DNA of 64,000 bases from a virus, in IMG/VR virus record IMGVR_UViG_3300031418_000004; one strand, written 5' to 3'. Below are positions 1 to 9,020 of this stretch, one piece after another; position 1 is the stretch's first letter; every line of letters starts with the position of its first letter. The position numbers were made by a program, and so were the translations under genes. The notes beneath the pieces are model-generated. The model saw only the letters and a list, made by a program, of their open reading frames with translations, did no database searches and was not told the origin of the DNA.

Positions 1-2
1 TA

Positions 3-983
3 AAGTTCGCGCAGAAAACTTTGGACAACCCGCAGGAACGTTTATATAAAACGGGATACAAAGCATACGACGATAAAAACGCAGGCTTACCAACGTCCGG
101 CGTTTTCATTCTTGGTGCGAGTACATCTGGCGGTAAATCTGTTTTCAGTATGAACTTGGCAAACCGTATCGCGCTGGCAAACGGTATTCACTGTCTCAAG
201 ATCACTCTTGAAATGACAGCGGAACAGGAAATGAACCGTATGCTGGCAATGATCAGCGGCGTTGATTTCTGGAAGATCAAACAACATAACCTGTCAAAGA
301 AAGAAAAGAAAAAGGTTATGGAAGCAGCGAAGGTTTATGACAAACAACTTCGCAAGAAAGGCGCACGTAACAGTTTCGTTTCTCCTGATCGTGGCATGAC
401 GATTGATGACGTGTTGTATATGGCAACAGCCTACAACGCAGAAATCACAGTGCTGGATTATGTCGGTCTGCTGGAAGGTGTGGACGATGGCGATCAGTGG
501 AAAAACTTAGGCAGTGTTGTTCGTCGCGCTAAAGTGCATTCCAAAGAAAGCAATAAGCTGATCATTATTCTGGTTCAGATTGACGGCGAGACAGGTAAGA
601 TTCGTTACTCGCAGGCAATGAAAGAACACGCCGACGTTGTATGGACGTGGAACTACTCTGATCCGGAAATTCGTGAAACTAAAGTTCTGCCGATTCAGGT
701 TATCAAAGTTCGTGATGGCGAATTGTTTGAAATGCCTCTCAAAGAAGTGTTTGAGAAAATGCAGGTACTTGACGGCGACGGCGAAGTTAAAGAACTTACT
801 CCGGACGAAAACAAATCTCAGTTTAGAACTGGCGGCAAGTCTAAAAAGCGTGAGCCAACTGAACTGGCAGATTTGAAACCTAATCGTCGTGCAAGCATGA
901 TTGTTGATGCTGCTTACGATGACGGGGATTCCGGTTCGTCTAAAAAGTCGAAGAAGAAAAAGCGGAAAGCTGCCCTTGAGTAA
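3..983 (+). CDS. DnaB-family replicative DNA helicase, C-terminal RecA-like domain; 5' end lies upstream of the window
   Basis: The frame is open to the window edge; the track start at 21 is an internal TTG. Walker A GASTSGGKS, TLEMT (SLEM-like), Walker B-like ITVLDYVGLL, ILVQIDGE and EHADVVW occur in DnaB order. Lys-rich tail SKKSKKKKRK. Confidence 0.75.
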   Translation, partial: KFAQKTLDNPQERLYKTGYKAYDDKNAGLPTSGVFILGASTSGGKSVFSMNLANRIALANGIHCLKITLEMTAEQEMNRMLAMISGVDFWKIKQHNLSKKEKKKVMEAAKVYDKQLRKKGARNSFVSPDRGMTIDDVLYMATAYNAEITVLDYVGLLEGVDDGDQWKNLGSVVRRAKVHSKESNKLIIILVQIDGETGKIRYSQAMKEHADVVWTWNYSDPEIRETKVLPIQVIKVRDGELFEMPLKEVFEKMQVLDGDGEVKELTPDENKSQFRTGGKSKKREPTELADLKPNRRASMIVDAAYDDGDSGSSKKSKKKKRKAALE

Positions 984-1005
984 ATTCGAATCCCCATACG
1001 GCGTA

Positions 1006-1767
1006 ATGGAATCTGAAAAAATGGTTCCTAGCTGGTCATTCCCTTGCGACGGCACGATCTCGGAAGTGGAAGAAAGTTGGATGCTTGGCGATATGAGTAA
1101 CGCCGTATCGCCTGTGCGCATGGTGCGCGAAATCCACAAGATTCACCAACATGAGTTTGATTATGGAAACGACGAAGAAATCGATCTCGACGAAAGCGCA
1201 GACGCAATCCAAAAAACTGAGTCGCGTCTCCTTATCAGACCTGAACTTAAAAGACTCCGAAGCCGCGCCAAAGCAAATGATATTGGTGCGGATAACGTAA
1301 TTGATGTTTCAGACGAACAGATCACAACTATCCTCGACTCGGTAGAAGGCAAAGCTGATGGTTTCAGAAATTTACTTTTGAAACGCACTGTGCCACTTCT
1401 TTTGGGCTACGATATTGCGGCGGGTGAATCAGAAGCTGTAGTGCGTGACATTCTCAAAACTGATATTGAAATTGACGATGAGTTGGTTGAATATATTGGT
1501 CGTGTTTCGATAGCGGATATGCTTGCCGAAACATTAAAATCCTGTGAAAACATTCCCGAATCGGTTCGCTCTGACGTGCTCAAAGATTGGTTGATTAAAT
1601 CATTCGACGGCGTACGCACTGAGAAAAGTAACGAGAAGAGTAGAGCAAACAAAAGTAGTTTGCTGCGCAGGATGAAATCTGAGTATGACAACATGAAAGC
1701 CAATGGTGCGCCGATGATCGGAACCTCACGAGGATTATCAGATCGCAATGGCTTCAAAGAAACCTAA
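1006..1767 (+). CDS. hypothetical acidic protein; its position upstream of terL allows a small-terminase role, but no motif supports this
   Basis: Long ORF. This is the first in-frame ATG after the helicase stop; the track start at 901 is a TTG inside the helicase. The 3' end overlaps the terminase start by 20 nt. No recognisable motif. Confidence 0.45.
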   Translation: MESEKMVPSWSFPCDGTISEVEESWMLGDMSNAVSPVRMVREIHKIHQHEFDYGNDEEIDLDESADAIQKTESRLLIRPELKRLRSRAKANDIGADNVIDVSDEQITTILDSVEGKADGFRNLLLKRTVPLLLGYDIAAGESEAVVRDILKTDIEIDDELVEYIGRVSIADMLAETLKSCENIPESVRSDVLKDWLIKSFDGVRTEKSNEKSRANKSSLLRRMKSEYDNMKANGAPMIGTSRGLSDRNGFKET

Positions 1768-4570
1768 AGTCGCATCGGTTCAATTGAAACCGAAACGCAT
1801 ATTAGCTTTCGACTTTCTGGATGAAATTGATGGGCCAGAAGAAAGCGAGGATTTGTCGTTTGTAGAAGACAAGAAAACTGGCGATGTTTCTTTCCTGCAA
1901 GAAGGGGAAGTAAACATTGTCGATCTGGTGGACACGGCTTTGAAAGACAAGTCGCTTGTTCCCCGCGATTTAAAATTTGATGACAGTGCTTGCCCTCAAG
2001 CGAAAAACTTTTTGGAGTGGGTTACTTCTGCGCACTACTTAAAGCAGACGCCGTATCTGGAGCAGGCACTGATCGGCTTGCGTTTGTTTGGTGAAATCTG
2101 TCCTCGTTGCAGTAACATGGATTGGGTGCCAACAGAAGCGCATGAGCCGCAGGAAGGATTAGCAGGCATCAAAAAGAATCTCACAATACTGGAGCATGGC
2201 GCTTGTCCAAAGTGCAAAGCAACACGTAGTGAGTTGATGCACAATAAGGAAATCAATTTCTATAATGAGTTGGCTGTTAACGCAGGACAGCGATGCGTAG
2301 GCGCAAGCACTCCGGTAGTTACTGAGCGCGGTTTACTGCCTATCAGCCATATGTTTATTGGACACGACACGCCGGGTTTTCATCTGCCTCGTTTAAAGAT
2401 GAAAGCAAATACCGGTTCAAAGATGGAACGCGTAAAACAACTTTACGTGAGCTATACCGGAACAACAAAGCGCGTTACTTTGAGCAATGGCATTCACATT
2501 GACGCGACTCCGGATCACCCATTGCGAACTGAAAAAGGTTTCAGGCAAGTAAAGAAACTCACAACCGACGATTATGTTCAGATTTGTTTGGGAACAAATG
2601 TGTGGGGCAAAAAAGTTACTTCTCCTGTTACGATAGAAGAAGCTGGCCTTTCAACCCGCGATGCTGCACTTGAATTTCTCAAACGTAATTCGCTTCCTCT
2701 TGAAAATGATAAACTGGTTTATACGTCTACCTCAGCGAAAGCTCAAATGGCTTGGAGCATTTTGCTTAATGCTGGCTATTACCCTGTTGTTCGAAATAAT
2801 GGGGATGAGTTTTCTGTTTTATATGATCTGGATGCTGAACCTATCGCAAAAAATCTGTTCCTAAAGATTGATGCGATAACAGATCTCGAAGATCAAGTCA
2901 CTTATGATTTGGTGATGGAAGGTATGCCTCAGTTTGTTGCTGGTGGCCTTCTGAACCACAACAGCGGTAAGAGTATCGTTGTTGCAATGTGTTCCACGTA
3001 TCTCACACATATCATCTTAAAGTCGCAGTCTCCTACCGGTATTCTTGGAATCAGTAACACAACCATTCTTCACGGAACGTTTGTAGCACTGACGCAATCA
3101 CAAGCGAAAGATACTTTATGGACACCGTACTTTAACATGATTTCTGATAGTCCGTGGTTTCAGAAATATCATGAAGTGATCCGAAGGCAAGAAAGAAAGT
3201 ACGGCATCGAAGTGATGAAAATCCGTGACACGTTTGTGTTATACGGACACCGTAACTTGATCGTTTATCCTGCCGGGCCGGATGGTCGTATCTTGCGTGG
3301 TCGTACACGTATCTTTGGAGCACTCGATGAGATTGCATACTTTGATAACGACGCCGACAGCAAGAAAGTAAAAGTCAGTGCGGGAATGGTTTACGGCGCA
3401 CTTGACCGAAGTCTTGCAACTGTTCGTGCAGCGGAGAATAAATTGATCGCCGCAGGATATGATCGCGCATTTACGGGATACATGTTTAACGTGAGTAGTC
3501 CTGTTCATGCGCGTGACAAAATCAACGAACTGATGCGCAGTAGTGTTGGCAGTACAAAGCTGTTAGGTGTTCACGCACCAACATGGAAGATGAACCCAAC
3601 AATGCCACGCAACAGTGCCTTTTTGGAAGAAGCGTTTCGACGTGATCCAGTTGGCGCAGCGCGAGACTACGGAGCAGAAGCGCCACTATCTGCAAATCCA
3701 TTTATCACGCAGCCTGTTTTTGTTTCGAAAGCGATTCGTGAGAAAGGCCGCAATATGTGCGTCTATGCTCACAAAGTTATTCGTCACAAAGATGGTTCAC
3801 GCCAGCGTTACGGAACATTAATCAAAGCGGCATCAACAACCACGCCGAGCATTATGGCAATCGACGCAGGCTTTAGTAACAACAGCTTTGCGATGGTGGT
3901 TGGGAGTCGAAACAGTGCAGGTGTTATCAGCGTCGATTGTATTGCTGAGATTATTCCGTTACCGGGCATTCCGTTAAACTACACACTGATTTTCGATGAG
4001 ATATTGATTCCGCTTTGTCAGAAACGAAACGTAAAAGTTTTGCTGGCTGACCAATGGAACAGTATCAAACTTTTGCAGGACGCCAAACTTAAAGGCGGCA
4101 TCGAAATGGCTGATAAATACAGTCTGAAATATCAAGACTTGTGGACAGTCAAAACAATGCTGGAAAGTGAAGTGCCTCGCATTAGTTTACCGCGTATGCA
4201 ACACGCAGAGAAAATTGGTGACACGTTGATGTACGATGGTGAAAACTATCCGTACTGCTTTGAGAACAAGCCAACTGAACACTTGATCATGCAGATTCAA
4301 ACGGTTCAAGATACCGGACGTGCAGTAATTAAAAACATGGGCGCAACGGATGATAGCTGGCGAGCTATGGCGCTTATGGTCTACGGTTTCGAATCGGGCG
4401 AGTATGAAGAGGAATTGAAGGTACGTGAAGAGGTAGTTCACAACCGCGATCCGAACAGATTAGGTATGACGAAAGGCCGACGCAATACAGGCAGTGCAGC
4501 GTCAACAATGTTATCCTCAACTGGTTCCGCTATTGGTAGCGTCAGGACTAGAAGGATAGGGCAAAAATAA
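1748..4570 (+). CDS. terL: terminase large subunit (packaging ATPase/nuclease), intein-containing, with an N-terminal Cys4 zinc-ribbon-like region
   Basis: 940-aa ORF. The Walker A is split as AVNAGQR / SGKS by a 223-aa insert. Walker B-like IFGALDEIAYF lies downstream. CPRC...CPKC is at the N-terminus. A portal-sized gene follows. Confidence 0.85.
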   Translation: MASKKPKVASVQLKPKRILAFDFLDEIDGPEESEDLSFVEDKKTGDVSFLQEGEVNIVDLVDTALKDKSLVPRDLKFDDSACPQAKNFLEWVTSAHYLKQTPYLEQALIGLRLFGEICPRCSNMDWVPTEAHEPQEGLAGIKKNLTILEHGACPKCKATRSELMHNKEINFYNELAVNAGQRCVGASTPVVTERGLLPISHMFIGHDTPGFHLPRLKMKANTGSKMERVKQLYVSYTGTTKRVTLSNGIHIDATPDHPLRTEKGFRQVKKLTTDDYVQICLGTNVWGKKVTSPVTIEEAGLSTRDAALEFLKRNSLPLENDKLVYTSTSAKAQMAWSILLNAGYYPVVRNNGDEFSVLYDLDAEPIAKNLFLKIDAITDLEDQVTYDLVMEGMPQFVAGGLLNHNSGKSIVVAMCSTYLTHIILKSQSPTGILGISNTTILHGTFVALTQSQAKDTLWTPYFNMISDSPWFQKYHEVIRRQERKYGIEVMKIRDTFVLYGHRNLIVYPAGPDGRILRGRTRIFGALDEIAYFDNDADSKKVKVSAGMVYGALDRSLATVRAAENKLIAAGYDRAFTGYMFNVSSPVHARDKINELMRSSVGSTKLLGVHAPTWKMNPTMPRNSAFLEEAFRRDPVGAARDYGAEAPLSANPFITQPVFVSKAIREKGRNMCVYAHKVIRHKDGSRQRYGTLIKAASTTTPSIMAIDAGFSNNSFAMVVGSRNSAGVISVDCIAEIIPLPGIPLNYTLIFDEILIPLCQKRNVKVLLADQWNSIKLLQDAKLKGGIEMADKYSLKYQDLWTVKTMLESEVPRISLPRMQHAEKIGDTLMYDGENYPYCFENKPTEHLIMQIQTVQDTGRAVIKNMGATDDSWRAMALMVYGFESGEYEEELKVREEVVHNRDPNRLGMTKGRRNTGSAASTMLSSTGSAIGSVRTRRIGQK
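2294..2962 (+). mobile_element. intein (223 aa) inserted in the terminase P-loop
   Basis: Starts at Cys183 (CVGASTPVVTERG, block A). Contains TPDHPL (block B, TxxH). Ends VAGGLLNHN, followed by Ser406. Excision restores AGQRSGKS, which fits [AG]x4GK[ST]. Confidence 0.8.
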
Positions 4571-4588
4571 AGTAATTTATATTACAAG

Positions 4589-4607
4589 GCGGGGGAATTT
4601 CTCCCGC
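4589..4607 (+). terminator. hairpin after terL; weak U-tract, so a possible attenuator or RNA-stabilising stem
   Basis: GCGGGGG-AATTT-CTCCCGC gives a 7-bp stem that includes one G:U pair. It is followed by AGTCCTATTCT, then the SD AAGGAG of the next gene. Confidence 0.35.
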
Positions 4608-4635
4608 AGTCCTATTCTAAAAGGAGAAGTTTCAA

Positions 4636-4854
4636 ATGAGCAACGAACGTTTCTTTAATCCTCTACGCAGTGAAAAAGTTTTGTCTACTTCATCTGTAAA
4701 GGATCAAGAGGTGAAATCTGTTTCAGCTTTCAGTATCACCGATCCTTCTGTGTGTCCTAAATGTGACAGCGCAACAGTTGAGTCAAAACTTTTAAGTGGT
4801 GAGTCTGTGCGCTTCTGCACAAATTGCAGAGTGAGTATGGCACTTCCAGAATAA
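4636..4854 (+). CDS. small zinc-ribbon protein
   Basis: SD AAGGAGAAG lies upstream. CPKC...18 aa...CTNC. 72 aa. Confidence 0.6.
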   Translation: MSNERFFNPLRSEKVLSTSSVKDQEVKSVSAFSITDPSVCPKCDSATVESKLLSGESVRFCTNCRVSMALPE

Positions 4855-4864
4855 CGGGGTAGTT

Positions 4865-6787
4865 ATGGGAATCAAAATTGGCCGCGAAGTGAAAGCGCCT
4901 TTGCTATCAAAAGGCACTACTTCCGGCGAGAAAAAATCTCTACGCCCATTAGGATCGAAATCGCAGGAACGTGTTGAAAAAGTTCAGTCCGTTTCAAAGT
5001 CCAGCAAAGTTCTCTCAACGTCTAGCGGCGGTGGAACAAGTGGCGGTAGTATGCAGGTGGGTAGTGTTCCGCTTGATATTGACTTGTCGCCAATGCTGGA
5101 GGGTATGGATTACGAAGCTGATGATCGACAGCTTTTTAATGTGTACCGCGATATGTATTTCTTTGATCCCATTGGTGGAAGCTACGTTGATTTGTTCAGT
5201 ACGTTGCCTTTCTCGGATGTAAGTTTCAGCGGTGCCAAAGATAGTGTTCTGGATCTTTACTATGAAGTGAACGAGCGCTTAAATCTTTCGAGCAGTATGC
5301 CGAACATTACAACCGACCTGATGGTAACGGGCGCGTTTTGCGGCAGTATGCTGTACAACAAAGAGCGCAAAAAGTTTATCGACATGATGACGCACCGCTA
5401 CGATAACATCGAAGCAACGCCGTTCCCGCTTATGTCGCAAGACCCTATCTTTGAATTGAAAGTGCCGCAGGAAGTTAAACGCGCATTCTCAAAAGACAGC
5501 CGTCGCGTTGATGCTTTACGCAAAGAACTTGGCGCTGGATTCATTGATAAAATGCTGAACGAAAATCAGGTTGAACTTGATCCGGTTGGCACAATTTATA
5601 TTCCGCGTAAGTCGTTCACGTTTGGCGAAGGCGTCAGTGCATTCCGTCGAATGCTTCCGATTTGGTTGATTGAGAAAAACCTTTATCGTGGAACTCTGAT
5701 TGAAAGTGGACGCCGCCAGCGCGGTATTCTTCACGCTCAGTTAGGCGATGGCGATCAGTGGGAACCGTCGCAGGAAGAAATGGATTTTATTACCGACCTG
5801 CTGTTAAACGCTGACAGCGATCCAATCGGTAGTATTATCACAACGCGTCTCGGCGTAAACATTAGTGAGTTTCGTCAGGGCGGCGACTTCTGGAAGATCA
5901 CAGACATTTGGGATCAGACAGCGCCATTCAAAATGCGTACGCTGGGAATCTCCGAAGCTCTGTTGAGTGGTGAAGCGAACTATGACAGTGCGGCAACTGG
6001 CTTAACTGTTTTCATCGAATCACTTCGCGCCTATCGCGATCACGTAACGCGTAAAGTTTATTACGAAAAAGTTTTCCCGCTTATCAGTTTGATGAACGGT
6101 TTCGCTGTTGGTAAGAACGGCAAGATTATGAAAAAGTCGGGCCTGATGGATGGAAGCCTGCACGAAATCATGTACCGCTTGAACGATGGCAGTAAGCTGT
6201 TTGTTCCTAACGTGCATTGGTCTAAGCAGTTGCGTCCGGACATTGACAGCGCAATGATGGAAAACTTACGTGCTATGACTGAACTTGGTGTTCCGGTTCC
6301 GTTGCGTAGTATTGCGGCTGCTGGTGGTTTCAACTTTGATCAGTTGTTGATGGATCAGGATGAAGACTTAGCATTGCGTCACAAACTTCTTTCATACAAA
6401 AAGCGCCAGCAAGAAATCGACAAGCAATATTCGTTAGCCGATGATGCAGGCGGCGGTGATAGTTTCTCTTCTGTTTCGTCAGGAAGAAAACGCCGCAGTG
6501 CGCCAAACGTAATGGGAAGTCAAAGCGCCGTGCTTGGCCCGATGCGTCGTCCGGGATTACTCAACCGCGATTTTGGTGAGCAGTCTGAAATCTTTGAGAT
6601 CGGCAAAACCGGGAAAAAGAAACACGTTTTCCGTCAGGCCAAAGCCAACTCAAAAGCTAACGATGCAATTTATAAAGCGGTTCAGAATTACGAGAAAAAC
6701 AAAACTATGCCACTGGATACTGGCGCAGTTTCTCGCAATCCTACGCCTTATGAAATGCGAGCTATGCGTCGTGGAGGGTTGGCGTAA
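4865..6787 (+). CDS. putative portal protein
   Basis: 640-aa ORF close downstream of terL, with only a 72-aa zinc-ribbon gene between them. The size and position are typical of portals. No diagnostic motif recognised by eye. Confidence 0.5.
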   Translation: MGIKIGREVKAPLLSKGTTSGEKKSLRPLGSKSQERVEKVQSVSKSSKVLSTSSGGGTSGGSMQVGSVPLDIDLSPMLEGMDYEADDRQLFNVYRDMYFFDPIGGSYVDLFSTLPFSDVSFSGAKDSVLDLYYEVNERLNLSSSMPNITTDLMVTGAFCGSMLYNKERKKFIDMMTHRYDNIEATPFPLMSQDPIFELKVPQEVKRAFSKDSRRVDALRKELGAGFIDKMLNENQVELDPVGTIYIPRKSFTFGEGVSAFRRMLPIWLIEKNLYRGTLIESGRRQRGILHAQLGDGDQWEPSQEEMDFITDLLLNADSDPIGSIITTRLGVNISEFRQGGDFWKITDIWDQTAPFKMRTLGISEALLSGEANYDSAATGLTVFIESLRAYRDHVTRKVYYEKVFPLISLMNGFAVGKNGKIMKKSGLMDGSLHEIMYRLNDGSKLFVPNVHWSKQLRPDIDSAMMENLRAMTELGVPVPLRSIAAAGGFNFDQLLMDQDEDLALRHKLLSYKKRQQEIDKQYSLADDAGGGDSFSSVSSGRKRRSAPNVMGSQSAVLGPMRRPGLLNRDFGEQSEIFEIGKTGKKKHVFRQAKANSKANDAIYKAVQNYEKNKTMPLDTGAVSRNPTPYEMRAMRRGGLA

Positions 6788-6788
6788 T

Positions 6789-7094
6789 ATGCGTTTTCGT
6801 TTCGATGTTAAATGTCTCGGAACTCAAACTCACATTTGCTTTCAACACGCGGTTTTCAAAAACTACGGGCTGGCAGTTACTGTTGGCCCGGAACGTGAAG
6901 ACGTTACACTGGCTCTTGTTTATGGTGAAATCGAATCACGTTCCAAACTCGAAATCGTAAATGATTTCTCAGCGCCTGTTGATGTGATCTTGTGGGCTTT
7001 CAATATCATTCAGAGTATTCAAAATACTGTAAATGGTAAGAGTGTAGACGTGGAAAATCTTTCCGCAAACAAAGTTGTTTATAACGGGGATTAA
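6789..7094 (+). CDS. hypothetical protein
   Basis: ATG at 6789, two nt past the portal stop (6785-6787), preceded by GGAGGG. The track ORF from 6534 is the same frame read through the portal 3' end. Confidence 0.5.
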   Translation: MRFRFDVKCLGTQTHICFQHAVFKNYGLAVTVGPEREDVTLALVYGEIESRSKLEIVNDFSAPVDVILWAFNIIQSIQNTVNGKSVDVENLSANKVVYNGD

Positions 7095-7096
7095 AA

Positions 7097-7471
7097 ATGA
7101 GTGATTTGTTTCCGCATCGCGTACTTGCAGCGAAATCAAAAGGCTTTGTGTTCGTAGTTATTCCGGAAGATGAAGAAAGCGAAATTCTGGTTGACGGCGC
7201 GGCACAAGCTGAAAAGATTCTGAACGAAAAATTCGAAGCAGAATCTGATACGGGTATGACTCCGAAAGATGCGAAGAACGGCGAAGAAGTTGATATGGTC
7301 TACGCCGACGCAATTACTCTGCTTGAGAAATACAACTTCCCACTTGTGGAATGTTTGATTATCTCCAGCGTGATCGTTGTCGGTGATCTGGTTGTTGTTT
7401 CTGCTTCTCTCGGTGATGTTGAAGACGAGGATGAAGAGGAAGAAGAACTCGACGAAGACGATTTTGAGTAA
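7097..7471 (+). CDS. hypothetical highly acidic protein
   Basis: 124 aa ending DVEDEDEEEEELDEDDFE. SD GGGGA. A terminator follows. Confidence 0.6.
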   Translation: MSDLFPHRVLAAKSKGFVFVVIPEDEESEILVDGAAQAEKILNEKFEAESDTGMTPKDAKNGEEVDMVYADAITLLEKYNFPLVECLIISSVIVVGDLVVVSASLGDVEDEDEEEEELDEDDFE

Positions 7472-7478
7472 ATAGATT

Positions 7479-7504
7479 CGGGGCCGTGCGCCCCGTTTCT
7501 TTTG
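7479..7504 (+). terminator. rho-independent terminator
   Basis: CGGGGC-CGTGC-GCCCCG (6-bp GC stem) followed by TTTCTTTT. Confidence 0.7.
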
Positions 7505-7512
7505 GAGGAATC

Positions 7513-7974
7513 ATGACGAATTCCGATAGTGTAAGGCATCGACTTTATTACAGTCTGCCGAAAAGTGTACCGCCTTTCGACAGCGCTTTGGTAGATCTCG
7601 ATAAAAAGGGAATGTTAAAGTTGCTTCTTTCTGTTGCGCCGCCTTCCTGTCAGATCGTGACGGTTGGAAGCCACAGCACACGCTACGCCAAACTTCTCCC
7701 TATGCTTTTCCGGAAAAACTTTCGACTGATCAATCTATCGTTAGAATACTCAAACGATCTTTATTTTACTGGACGCGTGTTTCATTTATTCGTCCGGAAG
7801 AAATCATCCGTTCCTTTATCGCCGTTGTTCTTTCGTGGCGCAAGCTGTTTGCATGAGATAAGTCAGTCGCAGGGAACTGTTGTTGATTTGTATGTTGGCG
7901 GTTTAAACTTTCACGAAGCATTAAAAGATAGATTGCGAATAAAGGAGTCAGTTGTAGTTTTGGAGGAACAGTGA
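7513..7974 (+). CDS. hypothetical protein
   Basis: ATG 7513 lies 5 nt after GGAGG. The stop overlaps the next start (GTGA). Confidence 0.6.
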   Translation: MTNSDSVRHRLYYSLPKSVPPFDSALVDLDKKGMLKLLLSVAPPSCQIVTVGSHSTRYAKLLPMLFRKNFRLINLSLEYSNDLYFTGRVFHLFVRKKSSVPLSPLFFRGASCLHEISQSQGTVVDLYVGGLNFHEALKDRLRIKESVVVLEEQ

Positions 7975-9005
7975 GTAGATCTTTTAACTCCGTTTCAGAT
8001 GACAATGTTTCGGTTCCAAAAATAAATGCGTTAACGCCCAAAGTAGCGTTTCGCAAACTTCCGACTTTACATGCGTTCGACGCAAGCAACTGGATGTGTC
8101 GTGCGTATTTTGTTGCGCAGAATAACCCGAAGCGTTTAACCGCGCCAGACGGTACACCAACAGGCGGCGTTTATATCTTTTTGAATATGGTTGAGGCGAT
8201 GGTGCAGCAACTTCGAAAAGATCCTAAAGGCGCTTACATGGCGATGTGTTTTGACGGACGTTCAAAAGGAACGTGGCGGCATCGCGCTATGGTGCAATGG
8301 GCGAAAGAAAATCCCGCTGCTGTTTCTGATGTGTTTCCCAAAAGTGAAAACTATAAAGGAAACAGAGACAGAACAAAGACGCCGGATCTTCCTGTGCAGA
8401 TGGCACTGGCTCAAGAAATTCTGCAAGCGTATGGCATTTGGGCGCGTTTCAAATCTCCGTACGAAGCCGATGACATTCTCGGAACACTTTCAACGCGGTT
8501 CAGCAAAACTTGTTACGTGGATATTTACACGCGTGATAAAGACTGCTTGCAGCTAGTAGACAATCCTCGCACACAGTTGATTATGGCGGCGCAGTCAAAC
8601 GCAGTTGAAAAGCGTTTCGTTAAAAAGAATGTTCCCGATCATTTTGGTGTTCCTCACAATCGTATTGTTGATTATCTTGCGATGTGTGGTGATACCAGTG
8701 ACAACGTTCCCGGCCTGCCGGGTGTTCGCGATGGAACCGCATTAAAACTTTTAAACGAGTATGGAAGTCTCGACAACCTGATCAAGATGGCACCAACAAT
8801 AAAATCAAATGCAAAATGGAAAAAAGCATTGGTTGGCGCTATTCCGTGGATGGACATGGATCTTCAAAAAGAACTTGTAACGATAGATCGCAATGTTCCA
8901 ACACTGCCTAAGAATCTCTCTGCTTTCCAAATTGGTGAGCCGGACGTAAAGGCAATCAAGGACATTAAAAAGCGTCTCAACTTCAAGAAACTTTTTGAAT
9001 TCTAA
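7971..9005 (+). CDS. 5'-3' exonuclease / flap endonuclease (FEN, PIN-like plus H3TH)
   Basis: SPYEADDILGTLS acidic cluster. DYLAMCGDTSDNVPGLPGVRDGTALKLLNEYGSL is the classic H3TH segment of PolA-N/T5 D15-type nucleases. GTG start after GGAGG. Confidence 0.85.
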   Translation: MSRSFNSVSDDNVSVPKINALTPKVAFRKLPTLHAFDASNWMCRAYFVAQNNPKRLTAPDGTPTGGVYIFLNMVEAMVQQLRKDPKGAYMAMCFDGRSKGTWRHRAMVQWAKENPAAVSDVFPKSENYKGNRDRTKTPDLPVQMALAQEILQAYGIWARFKSPYEADDILGTLSTRFSKTCYVDIYTRDKDCLQLVDNPRTQLIMAAQSNAVEKRFVKKNVPDHFGVPHNRIVDYLAMCGDTSDNVPGLPGVRDGTALKLLNEYGSLDNLIKMAPTIKSNAKWKKALVGAIPWMDMDLQKELVTIDRNVPTLPKNLSAFQIGEPDVKAIKDIKKRLNFKKLFEF

Positions 9006-9020
9006 ATCAGGAATTGAAAC

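Noticed and set aside
8191-8556. 121-aa alternative-frame ORF inside the FEN gene, and comparable same-strand internal ORFs (637-876, 2661-2864, 20511-20930, 21325-21612, 29581-29799 upstream part)
   Set aside because: They are embedded out of frame in genes with clear motifs. They are Arg/Cys/Leu-rich and have no SD. No evidence supports overprinting.
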